Positions 38,897 through 52,214 of a stretch of 64,000 bases of DNA are shown here, one piece after another. A program made the translations under genes and the position numbers. The stretch is taken from contig NC_058368.1 of assembly GCF_018350175.1 (NCBI RefSeq), forward strand, positions 43,278,001 through 43,342,000, read 5' to 3'. Below the pieces are notes generated by a model that ran no database searches, had not been told where the DNA came from, and worked only from the letters and a program-made list of their open reading frames with translations. Each line of letters begins with the position of its first letter. The first letter of the stretch is position 1. This DNA is from Felis catus (lineage: Eukaryota).

Positions 38897-40062
38897 CTTT
38901 TTTTTTTAATATATGAAATTTATTGTCAAATTGGTTTCCATACAACACCCAGTGTTCATCCCAAAAGATGCCCTCTTCAATACCCATCACCCACTCTCCC
39001 CTTCCTCCCACCCCCCATCAACCCTCAGTTTGTTCTCAGTTTTTAAGAGTCTCTTATGCTTTGGCTCTCTCTCTCTCTAACCTCTTTTTTTTTCTTCCCC
39101 TCCCCCATAGACCTCTGTTAAGTTTCTCAGAATCCACATATGAGTGAAAACATAGGGTATCTGTCTTTCTCTGTATGACTTATTTCACTTAACACTCTCC
39201 AGCTCCATCCACGTTGCTACAAAGGGCCATATTTCATTCTTTCTCATTGCCATGTAGTATTACATTGTGTATACAAACCACAATTTCTTTATCCATTCAT
39301 CAGTTGATGGACATTTAGGCTCTTTCCATAATTTGGCTATTGTTGAGAGTGCTGCTATAAACATTGGGGTACAAGTGCCCCTATGCATCAGTACTCCTGT
39401 ATCCCTTGGGTAAATTCCTAGTAGTGCTACTGCTGGGTCATAGGGTAGGTCTATTTTTAATTTTTTGAGGAACCTCCACACTGTTTTACAGAGTGGCTGC
39501 ACCAGTTTGCATTCCCACCAACAGTGCAAGATGGTTCCCATTTCTCCACATCCTCTCTAGCATCTATAGTCTCCTGATTTGTTCATTTTGGCCACTCTGA
39601 CTGGCATGAGGTGATATCTGAGTGTGGTTTTGATTTGTATTCCCCTGATGAGGAGCGACATTAAGAATCTTTTTATGTGCCTGTTGGCCATCTGGATGTC
39701 TTCTTTAGAGAAGTGTCTATTCATGTTTTCTTTCCATTTCTTCACTGGATTATTTGTTTTTCAGGTGTGGAGTTTGGTGAGCTCTTTATAGATTTTGGAT
39801 ACTAGCCCCTTGTCCGATATGTCATTTGCAAAATCTTGCAAATATCTTGTCATTTGCAAATATCCCATTCCATTCGTTGCCTTTTAGTTTTGTTGATTGT
39901 TTCCTTTGCTGTGCAGAAGCTTTTTATCTTCATGAGGTCCCAATAGTTCATTTTTGCTTTTAATTCCCTTGCCTTTGGGGATGTGTCAAGTAGGAAATTG
40001 CTACAGCTGAGGTCAGGGAGGTCTTTTCCTGCTTTCTCCTCTGGGGTTTTGATGGTTTCCTG
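38897..40062 (-). mobile_element. 5'-truncated felid L1 (ORF2 C-terminus and 3'UTR)
   Basis: [31 protein letters not shown]. Confidence 0.95.
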
Positions 40063-40885
40063 TTATTTTTATACAAACAGCATTCATTTTTATGCTTCTT
40101 GTAGTATCTCTGTCTTGGTTTGAGAACATCCATATTCTCACTACATATATTCCTTGTTGAACCATTAATCACACTGCCAAATAACCCTCCACTATACCAA
40201 ATTATGTACACCTCACAAAGCCAGGCTAACTAGATGCTCTATCCCTTAAATTTAATCATTAATAAGGTACACATGCCTGGAAAAAAAATTTGAAATCCAT
40301 TTCTACAATGATATCCTAAAGAGACTATGCATTAAATTTTGCTACCTAGCTCACTTCCTATTTAAAAATGGCTATTTTTCCTTTAAATTCTGTGATATAA
40401 TTCACATAATTCCAAAAAAAATCCTTTTTGCTTACAGTAGGCAATATAATTATTATTATTTGCAATCAATCCTAATCATACAAAAATTGTTACCAGACAA
40501 TGGATATGCTCAGAACAGATGGTCAGGGAAATGTAAATGATTCAGCATTGTGGAGATTCCAGTTCATGTTCTAGAATGGGATTAAGAAAGTGTGAAATGC
40601 AACCGGAGTAAGGGTACCTTGGAATATTCATGAGACTTGGAGATTTCTGAATTCCCACTTCCTTCTAAATACTCCACAGTTCATAAAGCTGTTCCTTCTG
40701 TGACAGATAAAATTAGGAAGGCCTTTTAGGGCTAAATCCTGTTTATTACTATGCAATTACCACATGCTCCTGATCTCAGTATGTGTGCAGCATGGTGGTG
40801 AGGTGGAATTATATAATCACCAAAGTAAGATTGAGCTTTATAAGCGGTTGGAACTACTTGGTAATCACAGCTATAAAAATGGTTC

Positions 40886-41085
40886 AGGGGTGCCTGGGTG
40901 ACTCAGTCGGTTAAGTATCCAACTCTTGATTTTGGCTCAGATCATGATCTCACTATTTGTGGGTTAGAGCCCTGCATCTGGCTCCACGCTGACAGTGCAG
41001 AGCCTGCTTGGGCTTCTCTCTCTCTGCCCCTAACCCACATGTGCACTCTCTCTCTCTCTCTCAAAATAAATATAAACTTTTTAAA
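40886..41085 (+). mobile_element. Can-SINE
   Basis: Canonical structure. Confidence 0.93.
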
Positions 41086-41252
41086 AAAATCATTCGAATC
41101 CAAGAAATCACTAGATATGTATAAACAATTTGTATAGTTAAAAGCTATTAACAGCCAAAAGGAAAACAAATATCTTTGAGAACATAGCTCTGGTTTGGAA
41201 TGAGATCATTCCAATTACAATTTTCAAGCTTGCTTCATGGACCAATAAGCAC

Positions 41253-41326
41253 CTACGACTAAAGTCTTTTCTATGAAACCACAAGTGCATATCTTGAAAT
41301 ATTTTCTTAAATTTGTCAAAAATATC
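41253..41326 (-). pseudogene. Exon remnant DIFDKFKKIFQDMHLWFHRKDFSR (74 nt, phase 0 to 2)
   Basis: catag acceptor, AG|gtgctt donor, open frame, phases fit both neighbours. Confidence 0.55.
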
Positions 41327-41605
41327 CTATGGTCATTTACCAGGTAACTGTACTTTTTTTTTCTTACATTAGTTTCAGGTATACAATATACTGATTCAAG
41401 AACTCTGTTCAGATTCAAGAGGATTGAAAAACAAAACCTACATCTTGATAGATAAGCGGCAAAGTTACATTGCAGAAGATCATATGAGATGAAAGTTACT
41501 GTTTTCACATCTTTTTAGAGACACCAATTTATTAAACATATTTTTTATTTTCCATGTTATTGCACTCAAGTATATTGTGAAGCTTCTAATACTACACAAT
41601 ATGAC

Positions 41606-42177
41606 TGAATTAGTAAAGATTTTTCAGAGAAAAAAGAACCAATAAGATCTACGTCTATGTCTGTCTGTCTATCTATCTGTCCATCTATCTATCCATCTGT
41701 CTATCTAGGGAGAGATCTCCATAAATGTAGGTTGATCTCAATATAATAATATATACCCCTATGAAGAGATTTATTATGAGAAATTGGCTCATGTGATTAT
41801 GAAGGTTGAAAAGGCCCATGATCTGTCATCTGCAAGCTAGAGATTTAAGAACACTAGTGGTGAAAGTCCCAGTCCAAGGGCCTGAGAACTATAGGAACTG
41901 TATTATAAATCCTGGTCCAAGGGCAAGAAAAGATGGATGTCACTCAAGTAGGCAGGCAGGAAGTAAAAGGGGCAAAAAAAAAAAACCCTCCTTCCTCTGC
42001 CTTTTTTGTTCTGTTTAGGCCCACAATGAATTAGATGATGCCCACCCACACTGGGGAGGACAATCTACTTTACTGAGCCCATTGATTCAAATGTTAATCT
42101 TACCTGGAAACACACTCACAGATGCTCAGAAATAATACCTAATCTTGGGACCCCTCAGCCCAGGCATCTTGACACAA
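41606..42177 (-). mobile_element. MLT2 (ERV-L) solo LTR
   Basis: gagatttattatgagaaattggctcatgtgattatg...atgcccacccacactggggaggacaatctactttact. Confidence 0.85.
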
Positions 42178-42329
42178 TCGGTTCATGTGTTTCTCCAACA
42201 TCCAATAAAAATGTCTTACTTTTCTTCTAGTCTCCTCAAAGCCTTCAGATCTCTGCACACCGCCTGATATTAATACTAATGCCACATTGAGTATTTTTTA
42301 ATAATAGTATCCCATTCCAACAACTAATT

Positions 42330-43171
42330 TCTGTTCCTATGATCTATTCTTGCATACCAAGCTATGACTAAAATTTAGTAGGTTAAAACAATCATTTATT
42401 ATTGTATTGAGTATGTTTATGGGTTGTCTTAGCCCAAGTGGTCTTGCTTGTTAGCCTTCTCAACCATTATAGTCAGGTGGCAGGTAGGGCTAGAGTCATC
42501 AAGAAAGGTCACTGACATGGCATTTGGTGCTGTTTGGCAGTTGCGGACTCAGCTGGAGCTTTCCACCAGAGTACCTAAACATGGTCCCTTGGTGTGGCTT
42601 GGGCTTCAAACAGAATGCCACGTTTGTTCCCACTGTAAGCATCTCAAAAGTCAGTATTCCAAAATGCGTAATGATGCAAATTTGATTGAGAACTACCCCC
42701 AGAACTAGAAAGGTGACATTTTTTCTTAATCTATCTGTTAAAGCAGTCCCAGGATCTGCTATATTCAAGGGGCTGGAGAAATAAGTGTAATTTCTTGATG
42801 CAAAACTGGCAAGGTCACACTGCAGGAAAGCATATGGAAGTGGATACATGGTTTTGGTCATCTCTGGCAAATATGACATTGGGAGGGGTTTGTGATGGCA
42901 TTAGGACATAGAGCCTTTTCAGAGTACTTAAGTCATGAGGCTGGAACCCTCAAAAATGATATTAGTGCTTTAGAAAAGAGGCTCCAGGGAGCCCCTTTGA
43001 CCAGGTGACCATACAATGAGAAGTCTGACTGGGAAGAGGGTCCTTACTTGACTATGCTGGCACCCTGACCTTGCTCTTCCAGTCTCCAGAAATGTGAGAG
43101 ATAAATTTCTGATGTTTATAAACTACCCATCCTCTGGTGTTTTCTTAGAGCAGCCCAAATGGACTAAGACA
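42330..43171. mobile_element. Old MLT1 LTR (minus, ~42330-42880) followed by an MLT1A-like 3' part (plus, ~42880-43171)
   Basis: ggttaaaacaatcatttatt; ...gcagcccaaatggactaagaca end. Confidence 0.75.
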
Positions 43172-43534
43172 GTAACAATATAAATATATTACCATTTCAT
43201 TCTGGATATAGAGCTAGATGGTATTTCTAATTTTACTAAGTTTTATTAATGGATACATCACTGATATATGACCAATATCACTTTTCCCAACAGAATGAAC
43301 ATAAATATGTGTGTGCCACTTCCACGTCTGAGCCATAATTCTACCAGTGTGTTATCCATCATATTCGTTCTCTTTTTAGTTGGTTAGGATAGTGATGCCA
43401 GGGAAATCTGGGATACCACACACTGAAGATGGCAGAAACTCTGTGACCCTGAATACCTAAATGACTGTGTGGATTAGACAGAGCCATTACTGACATAAAC
43501 CTCTCACCTTGATTCTTATGTGTGTGATGTGTAA

Positions 43535-44767
43535 TGTGTGTAGAATTCTATTAATGATCACCCAATGATCATCACTCATGTATAATTCCCTCTTGCTGAA
43601 TATGGGATGAATCTATAAATATGATGATCTATCACTTCCGTGCTTTTGTTATATTCTATGGCAAATGGGAATTTGCAGATATAATCGGTTTTCTAAAGCA
43701 GCTGGCTTTCAGTTAGGGTGATTATTTTAGGAGGGCTGGATCTAAGGGGCTCTTTCTGATTAAAAAGATACAAAGACAAAGATTTGAAACATATCAAGGA
43801 TTTGATGTGACAAATATTTTTCACTGCTGGCTGTGGTAAGAAATATGGGTGGCATTTAGTACCTAAGAGTGACCTCTGAATGACAACCAGCCAGAAAATA
43901 CGAATTCTAGTTCTTCAGCCATCAGGAACTGAATTTCAACAATGTGAATGACTCTGGAAGAGTACCCCAGACTCCAGATTAACAACAGAAATGGCTAAAA
44001 CCTTGATGTCAGCCTGGTGAAACCCTAAACAAAGAGCCCAGATATGCAGAACCTGGACTTCTGACTTACAGAATGATGAGGATGTGTTTTTTTTTCAATT
44101 CAGTATTGTTTTCCTTTATTGCACAGATAAACCAAATGTAATTTTTAAAAATTAACAAACATTATATTTTACAGAAGTTTTAGGTTGACGAAAATATTCC
44201 ATATGAAGTACAGAGCATTCCCTCTCTCAACTCTCATAGTTGTATTAGCATGGTATATCTGTGCAACTGATGAACCTATCCAGATAAACTATTATTAACC
44301 AAAGTCCATGGTTTACTTCAGGGGTTACCCTTTGTGTTGCATAATTCTATAGGTTTTGACAAATGCATAATATCATGTATCCACCATTACAGTACCATAC
44401 AGTATAGTTTCACTGCTCTAAAAATCCCGTGTTATATTTATTTATCCCTCCCTCTCCCCCAAACCCCTAGAAACCAGTGACTGTTTTTACCATCCCTATA
44501 ATAGTTTGCCTTTTCCAGAATGTCATTTAGTTGGAATCATACAGCATGTAACTTTTTCAAATGGCTTATTTCAGTCAACAATATGAATTTAAGTTTTATT
44601 CATGTCTTTTTGTGGCTTGAAAGCTAATTTCTTTTTATCACTGTGTAACATTGCCTTGTATGGATGTACTGAAGTTTTATCTATTCACCTATTGAAGGAC
44701 ATCTTGGTAGCTCCCAATTTTTTGAAAATTATGAGCAAAGCTGCTATAAACATTTATGTGTAAGGGA

Positions 44768-44817
<50 letters not shown>

Positions 44818-45855
44818 CATAAGTTTTCAGCTCATTTGGGCAAATATGTAGGATATAATTGTTGGATCAAATTATCAGATTATGTTTAGTTTTGTACAAA
44901 ACTGTCAAACTGTCTTCTGAAGTGGCTATGGCATTCCCATCAGCAATGAATGAGTGTCCTTGTTGTTCCACATCTTGGCCAGCACTGGGTGCTTTCTTGA
45001 GTTTTGGATTTTAGCCAATCTTATAGATGTGTAGCGGTATCTTGTTGTTCTACTTTGCAATTCCCTAATGGCGTATGATATTGAATATGTTTTCATATGC
45101 TTATAGGACATCTGTGTATCCTTTTTGGTAAGGTGTACAGATCTTTGGTCTTCTTTTTGTCTTTATTGTTGAGTTTAAAGAATATTTATATATTTGGATA
45201 CAAGTCCTTTATCAGATATATACTTCACAAATATTCTTCTCCTAGTCTGTGACTTTTCTTTTCATTCTCTTAATAGTAACTTCCATAGAGAACTAATTTT
45301 AATGAAATTCAATTTTCAATTTCTTCTTTAATGGATTGTACCTCTGGTGTTGTATCTAAAAAGTTATCACTCAATCCAAGGTCACCTGCATTTTCTCCAT
45401 TATTACCTTTCAAAAGTTTTACAGTTTTGTATTTTACATTTAGATCTATATTCCATTTTGAGTTAATTTTTATGAATGTGGTAAGGTCTAGGCAGTTCTG
45501 TCTAGATGAACTTTCTTGTTTGCGGATGTCCATTTTTTTTCTAGGATGATTGCTGAAAAGAATATTCTTTCTCCATTGATTTAATTGCCTTTGTTTTTTT
45601 TTTTTTTTTTTGTCTTTTTTTTTTTTTTTTGTCAAAGATCAGATACATATGTTTGCATCCTATTTGTGGGCTCTCTGCTCTGTTCCACTTATATTTTTGG
45701 CTATTCTTACTCTAATATAACAATGTCTTAATTACTGTAGTTTATAGGGAGACTTGAAATCAGGTAGTGTCATCCTCTGATTTTCTCTTCTTCTACAGGT
45801 ATTGTTTTAAGTGGTCAAGTTTGTGGTAATTCCCTACTCATCCATAGAACAGGTA
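43535..45855 (+). mobile_element. MLT1E/F-like LTR (43535-44088 and 45797-45855) interrupted by an L1
   Basis: The LTR 3' end ttgttttaag..aagtttgtggtaatt resumes after the L1. Confidence 0.7.
44150..45790 (-). mobile_element. L1MC-like LINE fragment, with (TG)n at ~44770-44815
   Basis: L1 ORF2 C-terminal remnants and L1MC-type 3'UTR. Confidence 0.8.
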
Positions 45856-46613
45856 TATAAGTTTATAAAGGAAAAACATCGTTATCTAACAGTTTGCATA
45901 ACTGTGTGTTACTACAGTAAAATCCACGCTAGATACACCTCTTAATATTATCTAGAAAAGTTTGGTAGTTTTGAAATCATTTTTTCCACAAATGCCTTGT
46001 AGAAATCTCTGGTTGAAGTTTTTTAGCTTTCAGTGCTATTTGTGGAAAAATTGGTTATTGATTTGAATGCTGCAAAGATTAGAGAAGTATTCATTTTCAT
46101 TTATTCATGAGTTGGCTATATAAATTGTTTTCCTAGGTATTTGTCCATTTAATTCAAATATTCAAACACTTTGGCATAAAATTTTTCATGATATCCCACA
46201 ATTTATTTTTCATGTCTTCACCATCTGTTGTGATATCCCTTTCTCATTGCTAATATTGTTAATGTGTACATTCACTCTCATTTTTATGCTCATGAAAAAT
46301 GTTTAGTATTATTAGTTTTTACAAAAACCTTATTGAACAAGGTGCTGAGCTAACTGAAATTTGGTCTTTCTATATTGTCAAATATTTGATCAATTTTTAT
46401 AAATGTTTTATGGGTACATAAAAGGAATGGCTATTCTATCATTACTGGATGCATTTTTCTATATATGTATATTAAGTCAATTTGTAATTTGTGTTGTGCA
46501 ATTCTTTTATATCCTAATTATTTTTGTCTCCTGTCAATTACCAGAAGAAATTAATTAAAATCTCCCAATATGATTGGGGATTTGTCTCTTACTCTTTAGA
46601 TTTCTCTCTTTCC

Positions 46614-46740
46614 AGGGTGCAGCTGGCTGACTCATTTGGAGGAGCATACAACTCTTAATCCCAGGCTCATGAGTTTGAGCATCAGGTATGGTATAGAGAT
46701 TACTGAAATAAATAACAACAACAACAACAACAACAAACAC
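46614..46740 (+). mobile_element. Older short Can-SINE with (CAA)n tail
   Basis: gggtgcagctggctgactca...gagattactgaaataaataa. Confidence 0.8.
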
Positions 46741-46919
46741 TAGCATTCTCTCTTTCCTCCTCCTTGTGCCCCTCCCTCTTTCTGTTTTTTATTCTCTATT
46801 TCACATAATTTTCCATTTTTATTACATATTATTGTTTCTTTACACATACTTTCTATTTTTTGTTACAAAATTCTCCACCTTTATATTTCTTGCGATGTTG
46901 TTTTAAAAAAATGCATTTT

Positions 46920-47105
46920 GGGGGCACCTGGGTGGCTCAGTCAGTTAAGCATTCAACTTTGGCTCAGTTCATGGGTTCGAGTCCTGTGTCAGGCTCTATG
47001 CTGACTGCTCAGAGCCTGAAGCCTGCTTCAGGGTCTGTGTCTCCCTCTCTCTCTGCCCCTTCCCCCCTCAAAAAATGAATAAACATTAAAAAATAAAATA
47101 AAAAT
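46920..47105 (+). mobile_element. Can-SINE
   Basis: TSD aaaaatg(c/t)attttg. Confidence 0.94.
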
Positions 47106-49025
47106 GTATTTTGTTTTTTATCTGGTTAGATAAATTTTCTGTTAAATTTACCCAATTAGTTAATTTGTATACTCTACTAATGGGTTAAAATTAACATCTA
47201 CATCTGCACTTTTCTGTTTGTTCTTCCTATGTATCTTTCCTTATATTCAGTTCCTGCTTCCTTATAATTATTTAATTATAGAAAAGACAATTCATTTTCT
47301 TCTTATTCATTTAGTGATAACTCAAGAAATTACAACATGTACAGTTAGTTTATCAAAGTATAAAGTTAATCAATACATTATGTTTTCCTTTCAGATAGAC
47401 CAGGTTAGCTACATCTACTTCTCGTCTATGTAATACTGTTGCTGCATATACTATCTTATTCTTTTTAATACCACTAGACATTATTATTTTTTCTTTAGAT
47501 GGTCAATATTAATTTACAATTACCTACATATTTACCATAATGCATTAACTCTTTCTTCTTATTTTTCACCTAGAATTATTTTGCTAATGTATATTTATAT
47601 TACTTTAATGAATGTCTGCTATTTTCAAACTCTCTATTCTTGTTTATCTGAATTTGTTATATTTAGCTGCAAAATATGTTTTTGATCATTATTGACTTCT
47701 AGCTCATTAGTTATTTAATTTCAGCATTATTTTAAGTATGACACTATTAACTGACTTCAACTGTGACCTTATACTTTACTCCACATCCTTTAACCTCTTT
47801 TCTATCTTTTCTATTTATCTTTCTTGTTATTGACTCCTAGATAATGGTTCTGATCTGTTTTCCAGTTCACTAATTTGTTCCTTAACTGTGTCAAATGGGA
47901 TATTAAAACTGTCCAGTGAGTGTTTCATTTTTAATTTTCGTTGCCGTATGTCTAAAATGTCATTGGACTCTACATAGCTTTGATTTTGATTTCAGTTTTT
48001 AACACTTGGTAAACGTAGTTTTTTTTTTTTAATTTGTGTCCAATAATCCCAATCTTCTAATACTCTCTCTTAGTCTATAGTATAATAAACTATGTATCTC
48101 TGCTCTCTCTTCCAGTATTTCTCTCCCATCATTCTATTTTTTTTCTCCCTGTGCTTGATATATTTTACATATCCTTTTCAAGTATGATGTTTGAAATACC
48201 TTTGAAGCCTGGGATAAAGATTTTGTTTTCAAGTGAGTATTTGGATATGCTTCTGGTGGACTCAAATCAATACATATTTAGTATGTAATTTACAGCCTGT
48301 TTACAGGACCCTAGTGATGTAAGCAGTTCCCTAGTGAACTGCAAATCACTGTGGAGGTATTCAATGCTTCTCAGAAACAGTTTTCCTTCTTCCTTCCCTA
48401 TACAGTAACAAAGAATCTAAGTGTGAGAAAAATTCCAGCTGCAAATGAGCTCAATAATATAAGATATTCTCACTGTAGGTATCCTTACCTTTGCTTAAAC
48501 AGCTATTTCACAGTTTTCCAGAAGCTAGTCCCTAGCACTAGGCTCCCCATATGTTACAGTGGTCAGTCATATGCCTTTCACATGATAAGCATTTTTTTTT
48601 TTGTAATTTTACTTGCTTTTTCTCATTCTCATTCTTTTCCTACTATTATAATCTGGACATTTATTGAAGATCTCTATGATATATATCATTATTTATGAAA
48701 AATAATTCACATCACAGTACAGAGCTACTATCCATGAAACACACTTTCTAACATTTACCTTATTAGTGGAAACAAGTTGTTTTTACTTTAGAATGCTGGT
48801 ATGGTTTTTGAAAAGCAAATAATAGCATGAGCAATGTGACAACACATTGAGATGTTCTAATACTTTCCAGCAGAATATGGAGTGTGCTATAAATTAGTAA
48901 CTTATATATGATTCTATTCCTCCCATGTCAAGGAATATGTACTGAGGATACAGGTATAAGAGTAGAAGAAGAGTCTATTATTATTATTATTCCTAAATAA
49001 ATTCTTTAAATGTTTCTCTTCTTAC

Positions 49026-49263
49026 CAAGATACTATGGGCTATGTTGGTACTGATGTTCCAATATTAATTAAAGGAATACATTTCAACAGAGATTGCTTT
49101 TGAGATAGCAACTTGGCCATTCTCAAGTCTTCATGACAAGGGTTAAGGCGAAAACAACAACAAAACAGAAATGCTGTGATGATTGGCGTAATTGGCTCAA
49201 ACTTACACCCTGAAGTAGGGATACTACCACATAATGAACACCACCTGGAGAATCTGAACAATT
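49026..49263 (-). pseudogene. Exon remnant IVQILQVVFIMW*YPYFRV*V*ANYANHHSISVLLLFSP*PLS*RLENGQVAISKAISVEMYSFN*YWNISTNIAHSIL (238 nt, phase 2 to 0)
   Basis: ctcttcag acceptor, TTG|gtaaga donor; phase 0 end fits the 41326 exon; six stops, so the frame of the first half is uncertain. Confidence 0.5.
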
Positions 49264-49299
49264 CTGAAGAGGCCCATCAGTTACCTTCTTATGTTATAA

Positions 49300-50500
49300 T
49301 GTAGTTGGGGATGACTTTAGTGATTTGAGGGTGGCAGAATTGATGCTGGAAGATTTACCTCAAAGAAGGCTTTTTTAAAATTTATGTGCCTGATGTCTTG
49401 ATACAGGTCAGTGAAGGGTTTGGCTCAGCTGGGTCTGATGTTCAGAGATGTTAACATAGACACTCTAGCACGATATCCTCTCTACAGTTGGGGTGGTACT
49501 CAGCTCAGTTTTATAGCAAACAAAATGGAAACTATATGATGTTTTATGATCTAGCCTTAAAAGTCACACAGCATCACTTCTACCATACTCTCTTTGTCAA
49601 AGTAGGCATAAGATCACCCCAATTAAAGGCAAAGAAATATAGTTCAGTCTCTCAGTGGAAAATGTATAACAGAATGTTTAGTCATTTTTAAAGCTTCTAA
49701 ATCTACTCTCTGCCCACAATTTAATTACATATCTCTTATGTGTAAAATAAACTCCTCCCTCCCAAGATCCCCCATACGTCCAATCTTTTTATGACATTAG
49801 CTCAGGTTTGTGGTTGAGAATCTCTTTATCTCAATTAGGTCAGAATGTGTAAGAACCTCCTCAGATTTTATTTTTCAGGTACAATCTCTATTAATCTGAA
49901 AACCAATGAACTAAAGAGACAATTAGTTTTCCCCTTGTAATCAACATAAATTGGAAGAAAAGGCATTGTTTAACAATAATAGCCACCCCTAAACAAAATG
50001 GAAAGAGGAAAGGCACACAGAAGTCACCAGTCCTAGCAAATCTGCCATCAAGTCAAGCAGATATGTTCAGTCAGGTTCCAGTCCTGCTTCCTTTCAGTTC
50101 TATTTTCTGGTTTCTTGGTTCTGCCCTCTTAGTCATCCTTCCTTTTCTATAAAAAATAGGCCAATGTCTGTAATTGAATAATTTTACCAGTCTCCTTTGT
50201 GCCCATTGAAGTTTGAGAGTCTACTGGAATGTTTTCATATTGTGCTTTGTGTCTATAGTCCAAGTGGCTATAATTCTTAAAAACTGAGTTTCTTATGAAA
50301 CTATTTGTAATTCAATCCATTTAACAAAAGCCAAATCCAGAAATCTTGAAATTAACTCTTCTTTACCTTAGCTCTGTCTGAGTTTACCAAGAGACTACCA
50401 CTATAAGATTCTCAGATATCCTACTGTTTAAGAGAGAGCAACTGTGAAACATACTTTTAAGAACTTTTTTTTTTCCCAATCTGAAACATTTTAGGAGACA
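49300..50500 (-). mobile_element. Old MLT1 LTR plus MaLR internal fragment
   Basis: ttttatgatctagccttaaaagtcacacagcatcacttctaccatactc (MLT1); ctattaatctgaaaaccaatgaactaaagagac (MLT1-int). Confidence 0.7.
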
Positions 50501-50559
50501 CTAATTTAATTTTTTTTCTTTACCAGTGCTTTGAAAACTGTAGCATATTCTACCTTGAA

Positions 50560-52110
50560 TAGCGAAAGCAATTTTGAGAAAGAAGAACAAAGGTAGAGGC
50601 ATTATACTTTCTGATTTCAACTATATTACAAAGCTGTAGTAATCAAAATACTAATGTACTTGCATAAAGACAGACACAGATCAATGGAACAAAATAGAAA
50701 GTCCAGGAATAAACTAACATATATATGGATCAATTAATTTATGACAAAGGAGCCAAGAAAAAACAATGGAGAAAGGACAGTCTGTTCAATAAATGGTGTT
50801 GGGAAAACTGGACAGCAACATACAAAAAAATTAAAATAGACCACTTTCTTACTCCATACACAAAAATTAACTCAAAATAGATTAAAGACTTGGATGCAAA
50901 ACCCCAAATCCTAAACTCCTGGAAGAAAACCTAGGCAGTAAGCTCCTTGACATTGGTCTTAACAATGATTTTTTTTGGATTTGACACAAAAAGAAAAGAA
51001 CACAAAAGCAAAATAAATAAGTAGGTCTATATCAAACTAAAATGCTTCTACACAGTAAAGAAAGTCATCAGCAAAATAAAAAGACAACCTACTAAATGGA
51101 ATAAAATATTTGTAAATCATGTATCTGATAATGGGTTAATATCCAAAATATAAAAAGAACTGATACAAAACTCAACAGCAAAACAATCTGATTAACAAAC
51201 TGGCAAAGGATCTGAACAGACAATTTTCCAAAAAAGATACACAGATGGCCAAAAGATACATGGCAAATGTTTAACATCACTAATCACAGGGAAATGAAAA
51301 TTAAAACCACAATGACATATCACCTCATACCTGTTAGAATGGCTTAAACAAACAAACAAACAAACAAGAAAAACAAGTGTTGGTGGGATGTGGAGAAAAG
51401 GGTGGGATATGCACTGTTGGTGGGAATGGACATTGGTGTAGCCATTATGGGAAACAGTATGGGAAACAGTATGGTGGGTCCTCAAAGTACCATACACCCA
51501 GAATTTCCACTTCTGGTTATTTATCCAAGGGAAGTGAAAACACTAATTCCAAAAGATATATGCACCCCCATGTTTATGCAGCATTATTTACAATAGCCAA
51601 GACAAAGAAGTACCATAAGTGTCTACTGATGGATAAATGGATAAAGAAGCTGTGGTATATGTATATGATATAGTATTATTCAGACATAAAAATAAGGAAT
51701 TCTTGCTCTTTGTCACAATATGGATGGACCTTGAGGTTATTATGCCAAGGGAAGTAAGTCAGACAGAGAAAGACAAATACTACATCACTTACATGTGGAA
51801 CCTACAAAAAGAGGTGGGAGGTAGATGGTGAGCAAAATGGATGGTGGCCAAAAGGTACAAACTTTGATATAAAATAAATAAGTCTTAGGGATGTAATGTA
51901 CAGTGTGGTGAATACAGATAATAATACTGCATTGCATGTTTGAAAGTTGTTAAGAGAGTAGATTTTAAAGTTCTCACTGTAAAAAAGAAAATGTTCCTAT
52001 GTGATGTTAACTAGACTTATGGTGGTATCATCTTGCAATATATACAGATATTGAATAATAACGTTGTAAACCTGGAACTAATATATGTCAATTATATTGA
52101 ACTAAAAACA
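50560..52110 (+). mobile_element. L1MA9-like LINE (ORF2 C-terminus and 3'UTR)
   Basis: ggtacaaactt...gggatgtaatgtacag...gagagtagattttaaagttctcac. Confidence 0.88.
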
Positions 52111-52214
52111 AATACCCACAATACCACATTCTGCCTACCACGTGGTCACAAACCCGAAGTCATGCATTTAAATTTTTGTTATGAACCGTATCACATCCAA
52201 GTAACAAACTTAGT

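Larger units (their letters stand above)
45940..48200 (-). mobile_element. Highly decayed old L1 (L1ME-like) fragments
   Basis: T-rich antisense L1 ORF2/ORF1-like sequence. Confidence 0.55.
44..49263 (-). pseudogene. Unprocessed multi-exon pseudogene, putative divergent GREB1-family (TET-associated glycosyltransferase-like) gene; may extend to ~63948
   Basis: Ordered exon remnants (listed separately) with AG/GT ends and mostly compatible phases. The joined translation shows collinear motifs matching the GREB1 C-terminal domain as recalled (IKLP, HLH, WHYVTIIND, M.H...DI..Y, DL, KQ..VGG, GLLL..C, FLKK, FLYSGK). Many in-frame stops. Confidence 0.7.

Noticed and set aside
7525..49263. Labelling the locus GREB1 or GREB1L
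   Set aside because: Similarity is only at motif level, much lower than expected for a mammalian ortholog, so no gene symbol was assigned
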